From: Mobula hypostoma
Lineage: Eukaryota
Direction: 5' to 3'
DNA: 64,000 nt
NCBI RefSeq assembly: GCF_963921235.1
Contig: NC_086097.1
Location: 164,612,001-164,676,000, forward strand
Shown: piece after piece, positions 51,744 to 64,000 of the stretch
How the letters are laid out: every line of letters begins with the position of its first letter
Numbering within the stretch: position 1 is the first letter of the stretch
Notes under the pieces: model-generated
The model's input: only the letters and a program-made list of their open reading frames with translations
The model's database searches: none
What the model was told of the DNA's origin: nothing
Translations under genes and position numbers: made by a program

Positions 51744-53382
51744 ATATACCTCCATCCCCTACCAGGAAGGTCTCAAAGCTCTCGGCTTCTTTTTGGATTC
51801 CAGACCTAACCAGTTCCTCCCTACCACCACTCTCCTCCGTCTAGTGGAATTAGTCCTTACTCTTAATAATTTCTCCTTTGGCTCCTCCCACTTCCTTCAA
51901 ACTAAAGGTGTAGCCATGGGTACCCGTATAGGTCCCAGCTATGCCTGCCCTTTTGTTGGCTTTGTGGAACAGTCCATGTTCCAAGCCTATATTGGTACCT
52001 GTCCCCCACTTTTCCTTCGCTACATCGACGACTGCATTGGCGCTGCTTCCTGTACACATGCTGAACTCGTTGACTTCATTAACTTTGCCTCCAACTTTCA
52101 CCCTGCCCTCAAGTTTACCTGGTCCATTTCTGACACCTCCCTCCCCTTTCTAGATCTTTCTGTCTCTATCTCTGGAGACAGCTTATCTACTGATGTCTAC
52201 TATAAGCCTACGGACTCTCACAGCTATCTGGACTATTCCTCTTCCCACCCTGTCTCTTGCAAAAATGCCATCCCCTTCACACAACTCCTCCGTCTCTGCC
52301 GCGTCTGTTCTCAGGATGAGGCTTTTCATTCCAGGACAAAGGAAATGTCCTGCTTTTTTAAAGAAAGGGGCTTCCCTTCCTCCACCATCAACTGTGCTCT
52401 CAAGCGCATCTCTCCCATTTCACGCAATCTGCTCTCACCCCATCCTCCTGTCACCCCAATAGGACTAGGGTTCCCCTTGTCCTCACCTACCACCCCACCA
52501 GCCTCCAGCCTCCGGGTCCAACATATAATTCTCCGTAACTTCCACCACTTCCAACAGGATCCCACCACTAAGCACATCTTTCCCTCCCCCCATCTTTCTG
52601 CTTTCCTTAGGGATCGCTCCCTATGCGACTCCCTTGTCCATTCGTTCCCCCCATCCCTTCCCACTGATCTCCCTCCCGGCACTTATCTTTGTAAGCGGAA
52701 CAAGTGCTACACATGCCCTTACACTTCCTCCCTCACCACCATTCAGGGCCCCAGACAGTCCTTCCAGGACACCTACGCTCTGTTAACCAGAGAAAGCAGG
52801 ATCTCCCAGTGGCCACACATTTTAATTCCACGCCCCATTCCCATTCTGATATGTCTATCCATGGCCTCCTCTACTGTCAAGATGAAGCCACACTCAGGTT
52901 GGAGGAACAACACCTTATATTCCGTCTGGGTAGCCTCCAACCTGATGGCATGAACATTGACTTCTGTAACTTCCGTTAATGCCCCACCTCCCCTTTGCAT
53001 CCCATCACTTATTTATTTATTTACCCCATTTTTCCCCTCTCTTTTTTTCTCCCTCTGTCCCTCTCATAATAACTCCTTGCCCATCCTCTGGGTCCCCCCC
53101 ACTTTATTTCTCCCTAGGCCTCCCGTCCCATGATTCTCTCCCTTCTCCAGCCTCATATACCTTTTGCTAGTCAACTTTTCAGCTCTTTAGCTCCATCCCT
53201 TCCCCTCCTGTCTTCTCTGATCATTTCGGATCTCCCCCTCCCCCTCCCACTTTCAAATCTTTTACTAATTCTTCTTTCAGTTAGTCCTGACGAGGGGTCT
53301 CGGCCTGAAACATCGGCTGTACCTCTTCCTATAGATGCTGCCTGGCCTGCCGCATTCACCAGCATTTTTTGTGTGTGTTGCT
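51744..53382 (+). mobile_element. Penelope-like element copy 3 (GIY-YIG motif deleted; hammerhead 53283-53318)
   Basis: RT with YIDD in ORF 51691-52953; 13-bp TSD tcacaaatctcct (51731-51743 / 53383-53395); inserted in a minus-strand CR1 3' end. Confidence 0.93.
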
Positions 53383-56171
53383 TCACAAATCTCCTTTAAA
53401 GTTTTCCCTTCCCACCTTAACCCTATGTCCTGTAGTATTTGACATTTCCACTGACAAAAAGACTCTATCTATCCTCCTCTTAATTTTGTTTCGTTAGTTA
53501 AGTTGTTATGCCGATCAGTGGGTTCAAACTGAGGCAGGACTGGCAGTCAAAAAGACAAAGTCTATATAAATAGAACCCTGAAGCAAACTGCCCACAGATT
53601 CTATTTAAAAGAATCTCCGTGACCAAGAGAAAATAAAGCATAGTAATTTGTGGAGAAGTAAATTACTAACAACACGCAGAGAATGGATGATAGTTAAAAA
53701 AACAATTTACATATCCATAATATTGCTGAGGTGTGGAAGGTTCCATTGAAAATTGTCATTTCCAGTCATCTCATGGAATACTGTCTCTGACATGATGGCT
53801 GAGAAATTACCCAAGTCATACTTGTTCTGGTTGGGAACAGTAGAATGCAGCTTGTTGAAGTTCTGGCTTACGGCAGCTGCAAAGGTGTTAGGCTAAAACC
53901 AAAAAGTCCTAATCTCTAGGTGTTGATTGATGGCAGAAATGGGTAGATCAGTCTGGTACTGTAGTTGCATAAAGCTGGCTGTCGTGTTAACAAATCAGGT
54001 TAATCTTTGTCAAACTAGTGAATTTACTCCTGGCCTGCACTAGTTTGGGAATTATGAAACTGATGGAACAAAAACACATATTATGTACCGACACATTGTT
54101 TCCTTCTGACTTTTGGATCCACCTCGTCTGTGTTCTTGGACTGATTCCATTGTAAAACTCAGTACGATTTTCACATTTCTAACCACTGTGCTTTCTAGTA
54201 AGTGATGAAAAAGGGAGTAGTCTTGTGGAGGGTGATGTTCTGGATGTTCATTGGAAAGTGAGCAATAAATGAGTCTTGGAGCGATGTTCTAATCACCAGG
54301 AATACTGCTTATATGTACTGACAAACGATAGAATCATGAGGTTTTGATTGGGTGATATACGTATTGAGCATGTCAAATGCACAGCAACACCTCTCCTGGG
54401 ATTAATGTAAGTGGCTCAAGACAGCATACAGTTTGGCTTGACTAGATTCACATGGTTGAACTTTTCCTTTAGCAGTCCATCATGTCAAGAAAGCAAACTG
54501 AGGGCTGCCCGCTTTTAACAGAGTGCAGTCACAATCAGTCTTACTGTGTTATAAAAGTCTGATCAAACCCTTTAATCCAGGCAAGGTGACCTGGAAAGCA
54601 ACTGTGGCTGTACAATTATTCTCGAAATAGGAAGTCTGTTGTAAGTAGCTGTGGGTGTACCCATTTCCTCCATGATCAGGAAGGCTAAGTGTTAGAGCAG
54701 TGAGCCACTACAAACACTATTATTTATTTCCTGCTGAGAACATTCTCACACTGACATTTGTGTAGTATCTGTGGTCATATGATTCTTGCAGGACTCTGTG
54801 GGGATATTGTATAATGCCTTGGCAAGTAAGACTATTCTGAGAGATGTATCTTTGATTTCTAATTAACTATTTTGCTCCGCCTATTAATTCAGTTAAATGA
54901 AGTTCATTTTCCCGTTTTACAGTATAGTCTGGCGCCAATATTATTTGATCACTTAAAATAGTTACTGTTTTCCTATGATTTACATTAATGCAGTTTAGGT
55001 CCATTTACCACACCAAGCCTACACCAAGTACTACAGTTCAGAATGTACAGTGAAATATAACAGCCTGCAGCCCTCACACACAACTTTAATCTATTTCAAG
55101 TCTGGTCTCTTTGAGTTGAGGTGCAATTTAATTGAAGCCCCATCTTTTACCCCAGAAACACAGCAAAGTCCTATTTCTCTCCATCCTATTCTATACCTAC
55201 TCCCAAGTCCATTTAGTTGCTCAACTTGGCTAAAGAAAACAGGTGGCACTTCAAGCCAGCAATGGAAGACTACACACATTTTCTTGCCTGTCCCCCATTT
55301 TCTGTAGCTCCATGAGTCCAAAAATCTATTGAGCTTGCTTTTGAAGACACTCAACAACCAAGGATCCACAGTATTGATGCTGTTACCAGATTGAGGTTTG
55401 TGACAGGCATTCAGTTGTGCCACAACTTACTCTGAGTGGTCCAGCTTGTCACAGACTAACTATTGTGACCACTCCGGTAGGTGAGATAGTTGTAGTTAAT
55501 AATGTTACTCCTACACCACTCAGTTAGCCACTCCCGCATGGGAGGAGTTCACATATTGTACAAGCAGGGTTATCAGTAAAGTTCAGTTGAATATCCTGCA
55601 TGCTGGCATCCTGGTGTGCTCTGCACTTTCCCTCAATAATGAACACAACACTTTCCTCGTATCCTCACCCTCTTCAGGAAATGCACTTTCTCCAGTTGTT
55701 GACTGGGAGCCCTGGGAACAAACTGTCCACTACACAGTGACAGCTTAGTGTCAGGTTCAGCGAATTGAGAAATATTTCAGTAAATATTTTGTGACAGCTG
55801 ATAGACAAATACATTGAACAGCTTAACAGCTAATCACAGTGGTTTCTCTATCAAAGATTTCATTGAAATGTTTTGTTGTCCCAGGTGTTCCCAGCATCTT
55901 CCACAACAATGAAATGGCTTTTGCTGCAAGTTAGGTTGGACTTAAGCTGCCAATATGTTAATTAGACCAACATTACACAATCGTTTTTGATGGACTATTA
56001 TCAATAACATCCTACAACATTTTTAATACCATCCAAATTACCAAAATCTAAAAACAAAAATGCTTACTTGCTGAGCATAGATCAAGCAGCATCTGCAGAA
56101 AGGGAAACTGAGTTAACCTTTTTTTTATTTGCAGCATTCACTGTTTCTCTTTCCGCAGATACTCCTGACAT

Positions 56172-58254
56172 CTGATACTCCAGTTTGGCAAAAGAATAAA
56201 TCAGGGAAGGTGGTGCACCCGTGGCTGACAAGGGAAATTAGGGATAGTATCAATTCCAAAGAAGAAGGATATAAATTAGTCAGAAAAAGTGGCTCACCTG
56301 AGGACTGGGAGAAATTCAGAGTTCAGCAGAGGAGGACAAAGGGTTTAATTAGGAAAGGGAAAAAAGATTATGAGAGAAAACTGGCAGGGAACATAAAAAC
56401 TGACTGTAAAAGCTTTTATAGATATGTGAAAAGAAAAAGATTGGTTAAGACAAATGTAGGTCCCCTACTGACAGAAACAGGTGAATTGCTTATGGGGAAC
56501 AAGGACATGGCAGACCAATTGAATAACTACTTTGGTTCTGTCTTCACTAAGGAGGACATAAATAATCTGCCAGAAATAGTAGGGGACAGAGGGTCTAGTG
56601 AGATGGAGGAACTGAGGGAAATACATGTTAGTAGGGAAGTGGTATTAGGTAAATTGAAGGGATTAAAGGCAGATAAATCCCCAGGGCCAGATGTTCTGCA
56701 TCCCAGAGTGCTTAAGGAAGTAGCCCAAGAAATAGTGGATGCATTAGTGATAATTTTTCAAAACTCTTTAGATTCTGGACTAGTTCCTGAGGATTGGAGG
56801 GTGGCTAATGTAACCCCGCTTTTTAAAAAAGGAGGGAGAGAGAAACCAGGGAATTATAGACCGGTTAGCCTAACATCGGTGGTGGGCAAAATGCTAGAGT
56901 CAGTTATCAAAGATGTGATAACAGCACATTTGGAAAGCGGTGAAATTATCGGACAAAGTCAGCATGGATTTGTGAAAGGAAAATCATGTCTGACGAATCT
57001 CATAGAATTTTTTGAGGATGTAACTAGTAGAGTGGATAGGGGAGAACCAGTGGATGTGGTATATTTGGATTTTCAAAAGGCTTTTGACAAGGTCCCACAC
57101 AGGAGATTAGTGTGCAAACTTAAAGCACACGGTATTGGGGGTAAGGTATTGATGTGGATAGAGAATTGGTTGGCAGACAGGAAGCAAAGAGTGGGAATAA
57201 ACTGGACCTTTTCAGAATGGCAGGCAGTGACTAGTGGGGTACTGCAAGGCTCAGTGCTGGGACCCCAGTTGTTTACAATATATATTAATGACTTAAATGA
57301 GGGAATTAAATGCAGCATCTCCTAGTTTGCGGATGACACGAAGCTGGGCGGCAGTGTTAGCTGACAGGAGGATGCTAAGAGGATGCAGGGTGACTTGGAT
57401 AGGTTAGGTGAGTGGGCAAATTCATAGCAGATGCAATTTAAAGTGGATAAGTGTGAGGTTATCCACTTTGGTGGCAAAAACAAGAAAACAGATTATTATC
57501 TGAATGGTGGCCGATTAGGAAAAGGGGAGGTGCAACAAGACCTGGGTGTCATTATACACCAGTCATTGAAAGTGGGAATGCAGGTACAGCAGGCGGTGAA
57601 AAAGGCGAATGGTATGCTGGCAATTATAGCAAGAGGATTCGAGTACAGGAGCAGGGAAGTACTACTGCAGTTGTACAAGGCCTTGGTGAGACCACACCTG
57701 GAGTATTGTGTGCAGTTTTGGTCCCCTAATCTGAGGAAAGACATCCTTGCCATAGAGGGGGTGCAAAGAAGGTTCACCAGATTGATTCCTGGGATGGCAG
57801 GACTTTCATATGATGAAAGACTGGATCAACTAGGCTTATACTCGTTGGAATTTAGAAGATTGAGGGGGGATCTGATTGAAACGTATAAAATCCTAAAGGG
57901 ATTGGACAGGCTAGATGCAGGAAGATTGTTCCCGATGTTGGGGAAGTCCAGAATGAGGGGTCACAGTTTGAGGATAAAGGGGAAGCCTTTTAGGACCGAG
58001 ATTAGGAAAAACTTCTTCACACAGAGAGTGGTGAATCTGTGGAATTCTCTGCCATAAGAAACAGTTGAGGCCAGTTCATTGGCTATATTTAAGAGGGAGT
58101 TAGATATGGCCTTTGTGGCTAAAGGGATCAGGGAGTATGGAGGGAAGGCTGGTACAGGGTTCTGAGTTGGATGATCAGCCATGATCGTACTGACTGGTAG
58201 TGCAGGCTCAGTGGGCCGAATGGCCTACTCCTGCACTTATTTTCTATGTTTCTA
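56172..58254 (+). mobile_element. Young 5'-truncated CR1 LINE (ORF2 RT pseudogene)
   Basis: ORFs 56129-57325 and 57431-58057 in the same frame, broken only by point stops; RT motifs; (TTTCTATG)n tail; TSD tgacat (56166-56171 / 58255-58260). Confidence 0.95.
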
Positions 58255-59464
58255 TGACATGCTGAATGTTTTGAGCATATTCTTCTCTACTTTCAGACTT
58301 CCAAAATCTGCAGTTATTTGATTTTCATCTACGTCCCTTTAGAACAGATATGAGGAGGATTTTGTTTTTGGCAGAGGCTGGTGAATCTGTGGTATTCATT
58401 GCCACAGATGGCTGTGGAGGCCAAGTCACTGAATATATTTGAAGTGGAGATTCATAGGGTTCTTGATTAGTAAGGGCATCAGAATGTTACAGGAATAAAG
58501 CAGGATAATAGAGTTGGGAGGCGAATTAAATTAGCCATGATTTAATGGTGGAGCAGAATTTATGTCCAAATGGCTTAATTCTGCTCCTACATCTTACGGA
58601 CATACAAAAGTGAAATCTGATTCTAGTGTGCAGTAGATTATTTCAGAAGCTAGTGTCATCATGTAGAATAAAATAAAATAATTGAAGTAACTGGGCCCAG
58701 AAAACTTGCACTCTTATGACTCAAGCATTCTTTTTATTTCAGTTGTGCACAAGGAGAACAGCATGGGCCCTGTCACACAGACTGCTCTGAAGCAAGAGCA
58801 GAAAACTTGGTAGTTTTATACAGAATTGGCTTAACAGTTATGGATGTTAAACACTTGGTAAATTGTATATGTTTGAGTTCTTTGCTTGCAATATCACTTG
58901 CCATTCGCAACAGAGGTGCTAAAATCTATCGAAGCTTCCAAGAACTCAGCCAATGATATTTTGAAGTTAATAAAGACCATTGTGCATTAGTTGGGCATGT
59001 TTCATATTCTTCCATTATTCCTATCCTGTCTGTCTCCAGCACCCCCTTTTGCGTTTTAGGAAGACCTTTCTAGAAAATTCTCAACAGAGGCCACAATTGT
59101 CTGGCTTAGGTACACACTGCTGCAGTCACCCCCAGCCTACCTCATCTCTACTAAGCAGAGATGTCTTTAGCAGTCTTGCTTCAAAGGTCTCAACTACAAC
59201 TGCCTCAGGCTATCCTTACCTGGACATTGTTTTTAACCTTTGCCTTACTGCAACTTGCATTAGCATCTTGGCTTTTTTTCTAAAAAGCATTCTTTCATCT
59301 TGTTATATGTTCTTTTGCTTATTATTTAAATTTCTCTCCTCCATTTCTTAGCTCCTACACCAGTGGAAGCATTTTATGTACAGACCTCACATTACTTTCC
59401 CCTCCTATTGTATGTCCTCTCAAAAGAGGATAACTAGGGAAAAGGGTAGAACCAGAGTATGCAT

Positions 59465-60615
59465 TATGATCAGAGATTAAGGGAGCTAGGGCTTTACTCT
59501 TTGGAGAGGAGGAGGATGAGAGGAGACATGAAGAGGTATACAAGATAATAAGAGGAATAGATAGAGTGAATAGCCAGCACCTCTTCCCCAGGGAATACAA
59601 AAGGACATGGCTTTAAGGTAAGGGGTGGGAAGTTCAAGGGGGATATTAGAGGAAGGTTTTTTATTCTGGTTGGTGTGTGGAATGCACTGCGTGAGTCAGT
59701 GGTGGAGGCAGATATACTAGTGAAGTTTAAGAGACTACTAGACAGGTATATGGAGGAATTTAAGGTGGGGGGTTATATGGGAGGCAGGGTTTGAGGGTCA
59801 GCACAATATTGTGGGCCGAAGGGCCTGTATTGTGCTGTACTATTCTATGTTCTATGTTCTATAAAGGAAAAACATTTGTTTGGATGCAGAGGACATGGTT
59901 GAGGTTCTTAATGCATAATTAACATCAGTATTTACTAAGGAGAATGACTGGAGGATAGGGAGATCAGTGCCAAACATATTGATGTGCTAAAGACATTTCC
60001 AGGTAAGGGAGGGCGTAGTGTTGGGTCTCTTAAAGAGCATTAATGTGGATAAGTCCCCAGGGCCACAGGGCCTGATATACCCCAGGTTATTCAGAAAGGC
60101 AAGGGAAGAACTTGACCGATTTCTTTGTGTCCCCTCTAGTCCCCTGGAGGACTGGCAAGTAGCTAATGTTGCTCCCATTATTCAAAAGCGGAACCAGGGA
60201 AGGGCCTGGAATCTATAGACCAGTCAGTCTCATGGGAACCATGGCGAATTGACCATTAGGATTAAAAACTGGCTTGTCCATTGAAGACACAGTAGTGGCC
60301 GAAGGGAGCTGTTCTATCTGGAGGTCTGTGATTGGTGATATTCAGGCAGGGATCTGTGCTGGGACCTCTGCTGTTCGTGATATATATATGAATGATCTGA
60401 ATGAAAAGTAGATGGGTGGGTGAGTAAGTTTATAGATGTGAAAAGAGATCGATGGTGTTGTGGATAGTGTAGAAGACTAGCAAAGAATACAGCGGAGTAT
60501 AGATACGGATGGAGAAATGAAAGATGGAGTTTAACTTGGCCATATGTGAAATGTTTCTCCTTGGTAGGTCAAATCCAAAGAGACTGTTTTCTCTGGCAGA
60601 GGCTGAAGGGAGATC
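59465..60615 (+). mobile_element. Adjacent CR1 fragments (3' end with (TTCTATG)n tail at ~59843-59862, then a degraded RT fragment)
   Basis: DKSPGP, DWQVANVAP motifs; CR1 continues at 63512-63890. Confidence 0.8.
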
Positions 60616-60623
60616 TGATGGAG

Positions 60624-63511
60624 CAGTGGGTCCCAAACTTGTTTGGGTTATCGCTCCCTTGGCTCCCAGACCACATCCCCTATGCCTCCCTCTCCCTTTA
60701 TGGCCATTACATAAAAACAATAAAGAATTTTGATTCACAATGCACAGTGAAATAAAATAGGAACTGCAGATTCAAAACAGTGACGTATAATTGCAAAAAA
60801 TATGCATGTCTATTTAAAGCTACAAATAAAATAATTTCTTTAATTACAGTAAAAAAATTTCTTCAGCAATTTTAGAGTGTACATTAGTAGTCCAACTATT
60901 TAGATTAGATTCAACTTTATTGTCATTGTACCGAGTACAGACACAAAGCCAATGAAATGCAGTTAGCATCCAACCAGAAATGCAAAGAATAGTGTTATTT
61001 ACAAAATAACTGTGAATAAAAAGTAAGTGCTACAGCACACAAATATAGAAGTACTGAGACAGTACAATATGGATGCAGTACTGCTTAGCGCTGTGTTGTG
61101 AGGTTCAGCAGGGTCACAGCCTCAAGGAAGAAGCTCTTCCTGTGCCTGCTGGTGCAGGAGCAGAGGCTCCTGTAGCGTCTACCGGATGGGAGAAGAGTAA
61201 AAAGTCTATGGTTAGGGTGAGATGCATCCTTATTAATGCTTTTCGCCCTGCCCAGGCAGCGTTTATGGTAGATGTTCTCAGTGGTGGGCAATTGGATGCT
61301 GATAATCTGCTGGGCAGTTTTCACCACACGCTGGAGTGCTTTGCAGTCCGATACGGGACAATTGCAATTACAATTACGGGACAAGTATTCACTATTGCTT
61401 TTTCACCATTCAATGAGATAAATGGACTTGGTATTGTGATATCAGCTTTTCAACATCAGGTTGAATGTCACTCCGAAAAAGTCTCAGATCTCCACTTTCA
61501 GTAATTTGCAGTCTGTTTTGTTGCTTTGAAAGAAGTAGGGTGACAACGCTGAAACCGCGCTCCACTAAACAAAATGTTGGAAAAGCAATAAAAAATATCT
61601 TGTCATTTTTCCACAGTGCAAGGTATTGTTCAGAAATTTCTTTCTCAATCAAAAGTCTTAATATGATCTTTTGAACCTTGGCTTCAGCTCAAAGTCAGTT
61701 TATAGCAAGATCAGTTCTTCCCCATCCTTTCTGTCAATTCCTCATTACAAGTATGCAGGAATGGATTTATTATCCAATTTGGAACATGAGAAGATCCTGA
61801 AATCTTCCTGCTATGTCTTTTTGCAGTTTACCCAGGTGGGTACAGTATACTTAAAGATCATCATCTGATATTCTTTCTTTCTCTTAAAACTCAGAGGCTC
61901 GGAAATTGGAAAAGGTCTCAACAGCCAATGTTGCACTTAAATAGAATTAACTTGGACAGAAGTATGGAGACAACTGATTTGACTTTGATAAGATTCACAG
62001 CACTTCCTTGTAATTGAAGATTGATTTAATTAAACTTTTGAATAATTCTAACAAATAAGCAATGTCATGCCTATGTTCTTGAGTTGATTACTGAATTATG
62101 CATTCGAGTCTTCAAAGAATTTCATCACAGTTTCAAAAGCACATAAAAGCATCTCAGGCAGTTTGAGAGCCATCTGACTTCTGTGTGCAAAAGTGAGTAT
62201 TCAAACCATTCATCATTCTCAATACAAAGCTCTTGAAATAGTCAAGAACTGAGAACATGGGACTTGATTTTATTTACCGCTGTGATAATGGTATTTAATA
62301 ATCAGTTAGGTTTTTTTTGCGACAAGATGCTGTCTGTGAATTACATATGAATGGTAAATATGTAAGGTACAGCTATCTTCAAGAAAGTAAACCCACGGTA
62401 GCATCCTGTCATTCATTGGTGGTGTCCCATCTGTTGCACATGCAGGAATGTTGATGAGCAAACTGTTCCTGTGAAAAATTGCTCAACTACCTGAAATATT
62501 GACTCCCCCTTTGTATCTCTTTCTAGTCCCCTTGCAAATAACAACTCTTGAACCATGCTTTCATCTTTTATGAAGTGAACATAGCTAGAAGCAAAGATTC
62601 GTTGCCTGGGAAAGTTGACTCATCCAACTGCAGAGCAAATTTTGTTATCTTATGCATGGTGCAGAATGTATTTTCACATTCTCAGACATTTCATCTATTT
62701 GTCTTTGAAACGAATTGTCTCTGAGCGGAATCGAATTTTTAATTATTTGGTCTTGTCACTAATGCAAAGTCATATTCAGAACCTTTATTACTGCTATCAG
62801 AAGCAGTTCTCCAGTTGTATGGGGCTTTCCAGATTTAGCAATGAGCAATGAAATGTTGTATGCCACAAGCAATCACTGTTTTGTTGTAAAGTGCTGGTAA
62901 ACACGGTCAATCGCCTATTGCTAAAGTCCAACCTCAAGTGCTGCAGTCAATAAAGGGGAAAGTTATGACATCATCATAGTTCAGGCAAAGCCTGACTCTC
63001 TGCTTGAAGGTACATAAAGTGGGGCAGCAATATCGTGGTTCAGACATGAGCCAGAGAAATGTGGTCAAACTATTTGAAAGGGCAGATTCTGAACTTTACC
63101 CCATCGAACATCATACCCTAATTCGCAGGAATTGTGTGATTAGAGAATGTGATTCATACTAGCTAACACTATTCTACTGTTACTTCAGTCCAGATGGCTC
63201 ATGATATGCCAAATTCAGAAGTGTCACATTTCTTTTCAGCAACTGTAACATGCTTCGAGCAAAGTCTAAGTCGAGAACGGTGGGTTAGCAAGAGAAGAGG
63301 TGATTACATGATCATTGTAATCAGTTATGAGGCAGAGGTTCAAATGATTATAATAAGTAATTCATTTCTTAAATTAATCCTGTAATCCCTCAGCTGCTGA
63401 GTGCCACCTACTACTCCCTCCCCCCACTTTATCTTTACTGCCACCTTCACAACTTCCACCACCCTCGGCGGTGGGGGGGGGGCACAATACCGACCTTTTT
63501 GGGAGCCACTG
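60624..63511 (-). mobile_element. hAT Buster/Charlie DNA transposon with decayed transposase (SCAND3/ZBED-like), inserted in CR1
   Basis: TIR cagtgggtcccaaa / tttgggagccactg; 8-bp TSD tgatggag / tgataaag; minus-strand C-terminus AFPTFCLVERGFSVV...GDLRL; ACATDGTP-like motif near 62420-62445. Confidence 0.85.
60901..61390 (-). mobile_element. Rex1/Babar 3' fragment nested in the hAT element
   Basis: ALQRVVKTAQ...LLPSGRRYRS...SFFLEAVTLLN; (TCTAA)n tail; TSD actatt (60895-60900 / 61391-61396). Confidence 0.85.
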
Positions 63512-63890
63512 TGATAAAGGTTTATGTGGTTGTGAGAAGTCTAGATGCAGTCAGTATCTTTTCCCTGGTTAACATTTCTAATACCAAAGGTTGTGCATTT
63601 AGGGTAATGGAGCAATGTCAAAGGAAATGTGAGAGGCAAGTTTTTTACACAGAGAGTGGTGGATGCTTAGAATTCATTGCCTGGAGTGATGGTAGTGCCA
63701 AATGCATAAGGGACTTTTAAGAGGCATTTAGATAGGTACATGAATGTGAGGTAAATAGAATTTATGGACATTGTAGAAGCAGACGAGATCAATTTTGTTG
63801 GCCTGTGATTACCAAATTAATTAGTTCAGCACAATATTGTGGGCTGAAGTGGCCGTTCCTTTGTTGTACTGGTCTATGTTCATTCTGTAC
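63512..63890 (+). mobile_element. CR1 3' end (continuation of the copy split by the hAT)
   Basis: ttttacacagagagtggtggatgc and CR1-type 3' UTR. Confidence 0.75.
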
Positions 63891-64000
63891 TGTAAGGATA
63901 ACAAGCCCAGCTGTGAGAGATCAGAATAGCTGATCAAAAGGAGTTGTGAAGGACATTACAAAGAAGGGGAAAGTGAGAGGTGGAAAAGCTTCGGGAGGAA

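Noticed and set aside
52760..52775. Deletion of the GIY-YIG motif in copy 3 as a splicing event
   Set aside because: It starts at a donor-like cag/gtgagg, but the deleted segment does not end in AG
56129..57325. 398-aa ORF as a functional host gene
   Set aside because: It is CR1 ORF2 with an N-terminus read in from flanking repeat and in-frame stops just before and after the FADD motif

Overview
Eukaryotic, repeat-saturated window with no convincing host protein-coding gene. The repeat complement (CR1 LINEs, Rex1/Babar LINEs, Penelope-like elements, V-SINEs, RTE) suggests a vertebrate, most likely a cartilaginous fish (ray or shark); this is inferred from recalled repeat types, not from a search. 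Nearly all long ORFs are transposon remnants. These include three 5'-truncated Penelope (RT + GIY-YIG) copies carrying minimal hammerhead ribozymes, an RTE LINE, many CR1 and Rex1 fragments, a decayed Gypsy provirus with both LTRs, two hAT (Charlie/Buster) elements, a Tc1 remnant and MITEs, often nested with readable TSDs. The most notable signal is a 561-bp non-coding, TSD-flanked retroelement (7670-8230, minus strand) whose 5' end can be folded by eye into a full HDV-like self-cleaving ribozyme. A second non-coding repeat family shows a decayed HDV/CPEB3-like core, and one hAT MITE carries unrelated DNA inside. Coordinates of degraded repeats are approximate.
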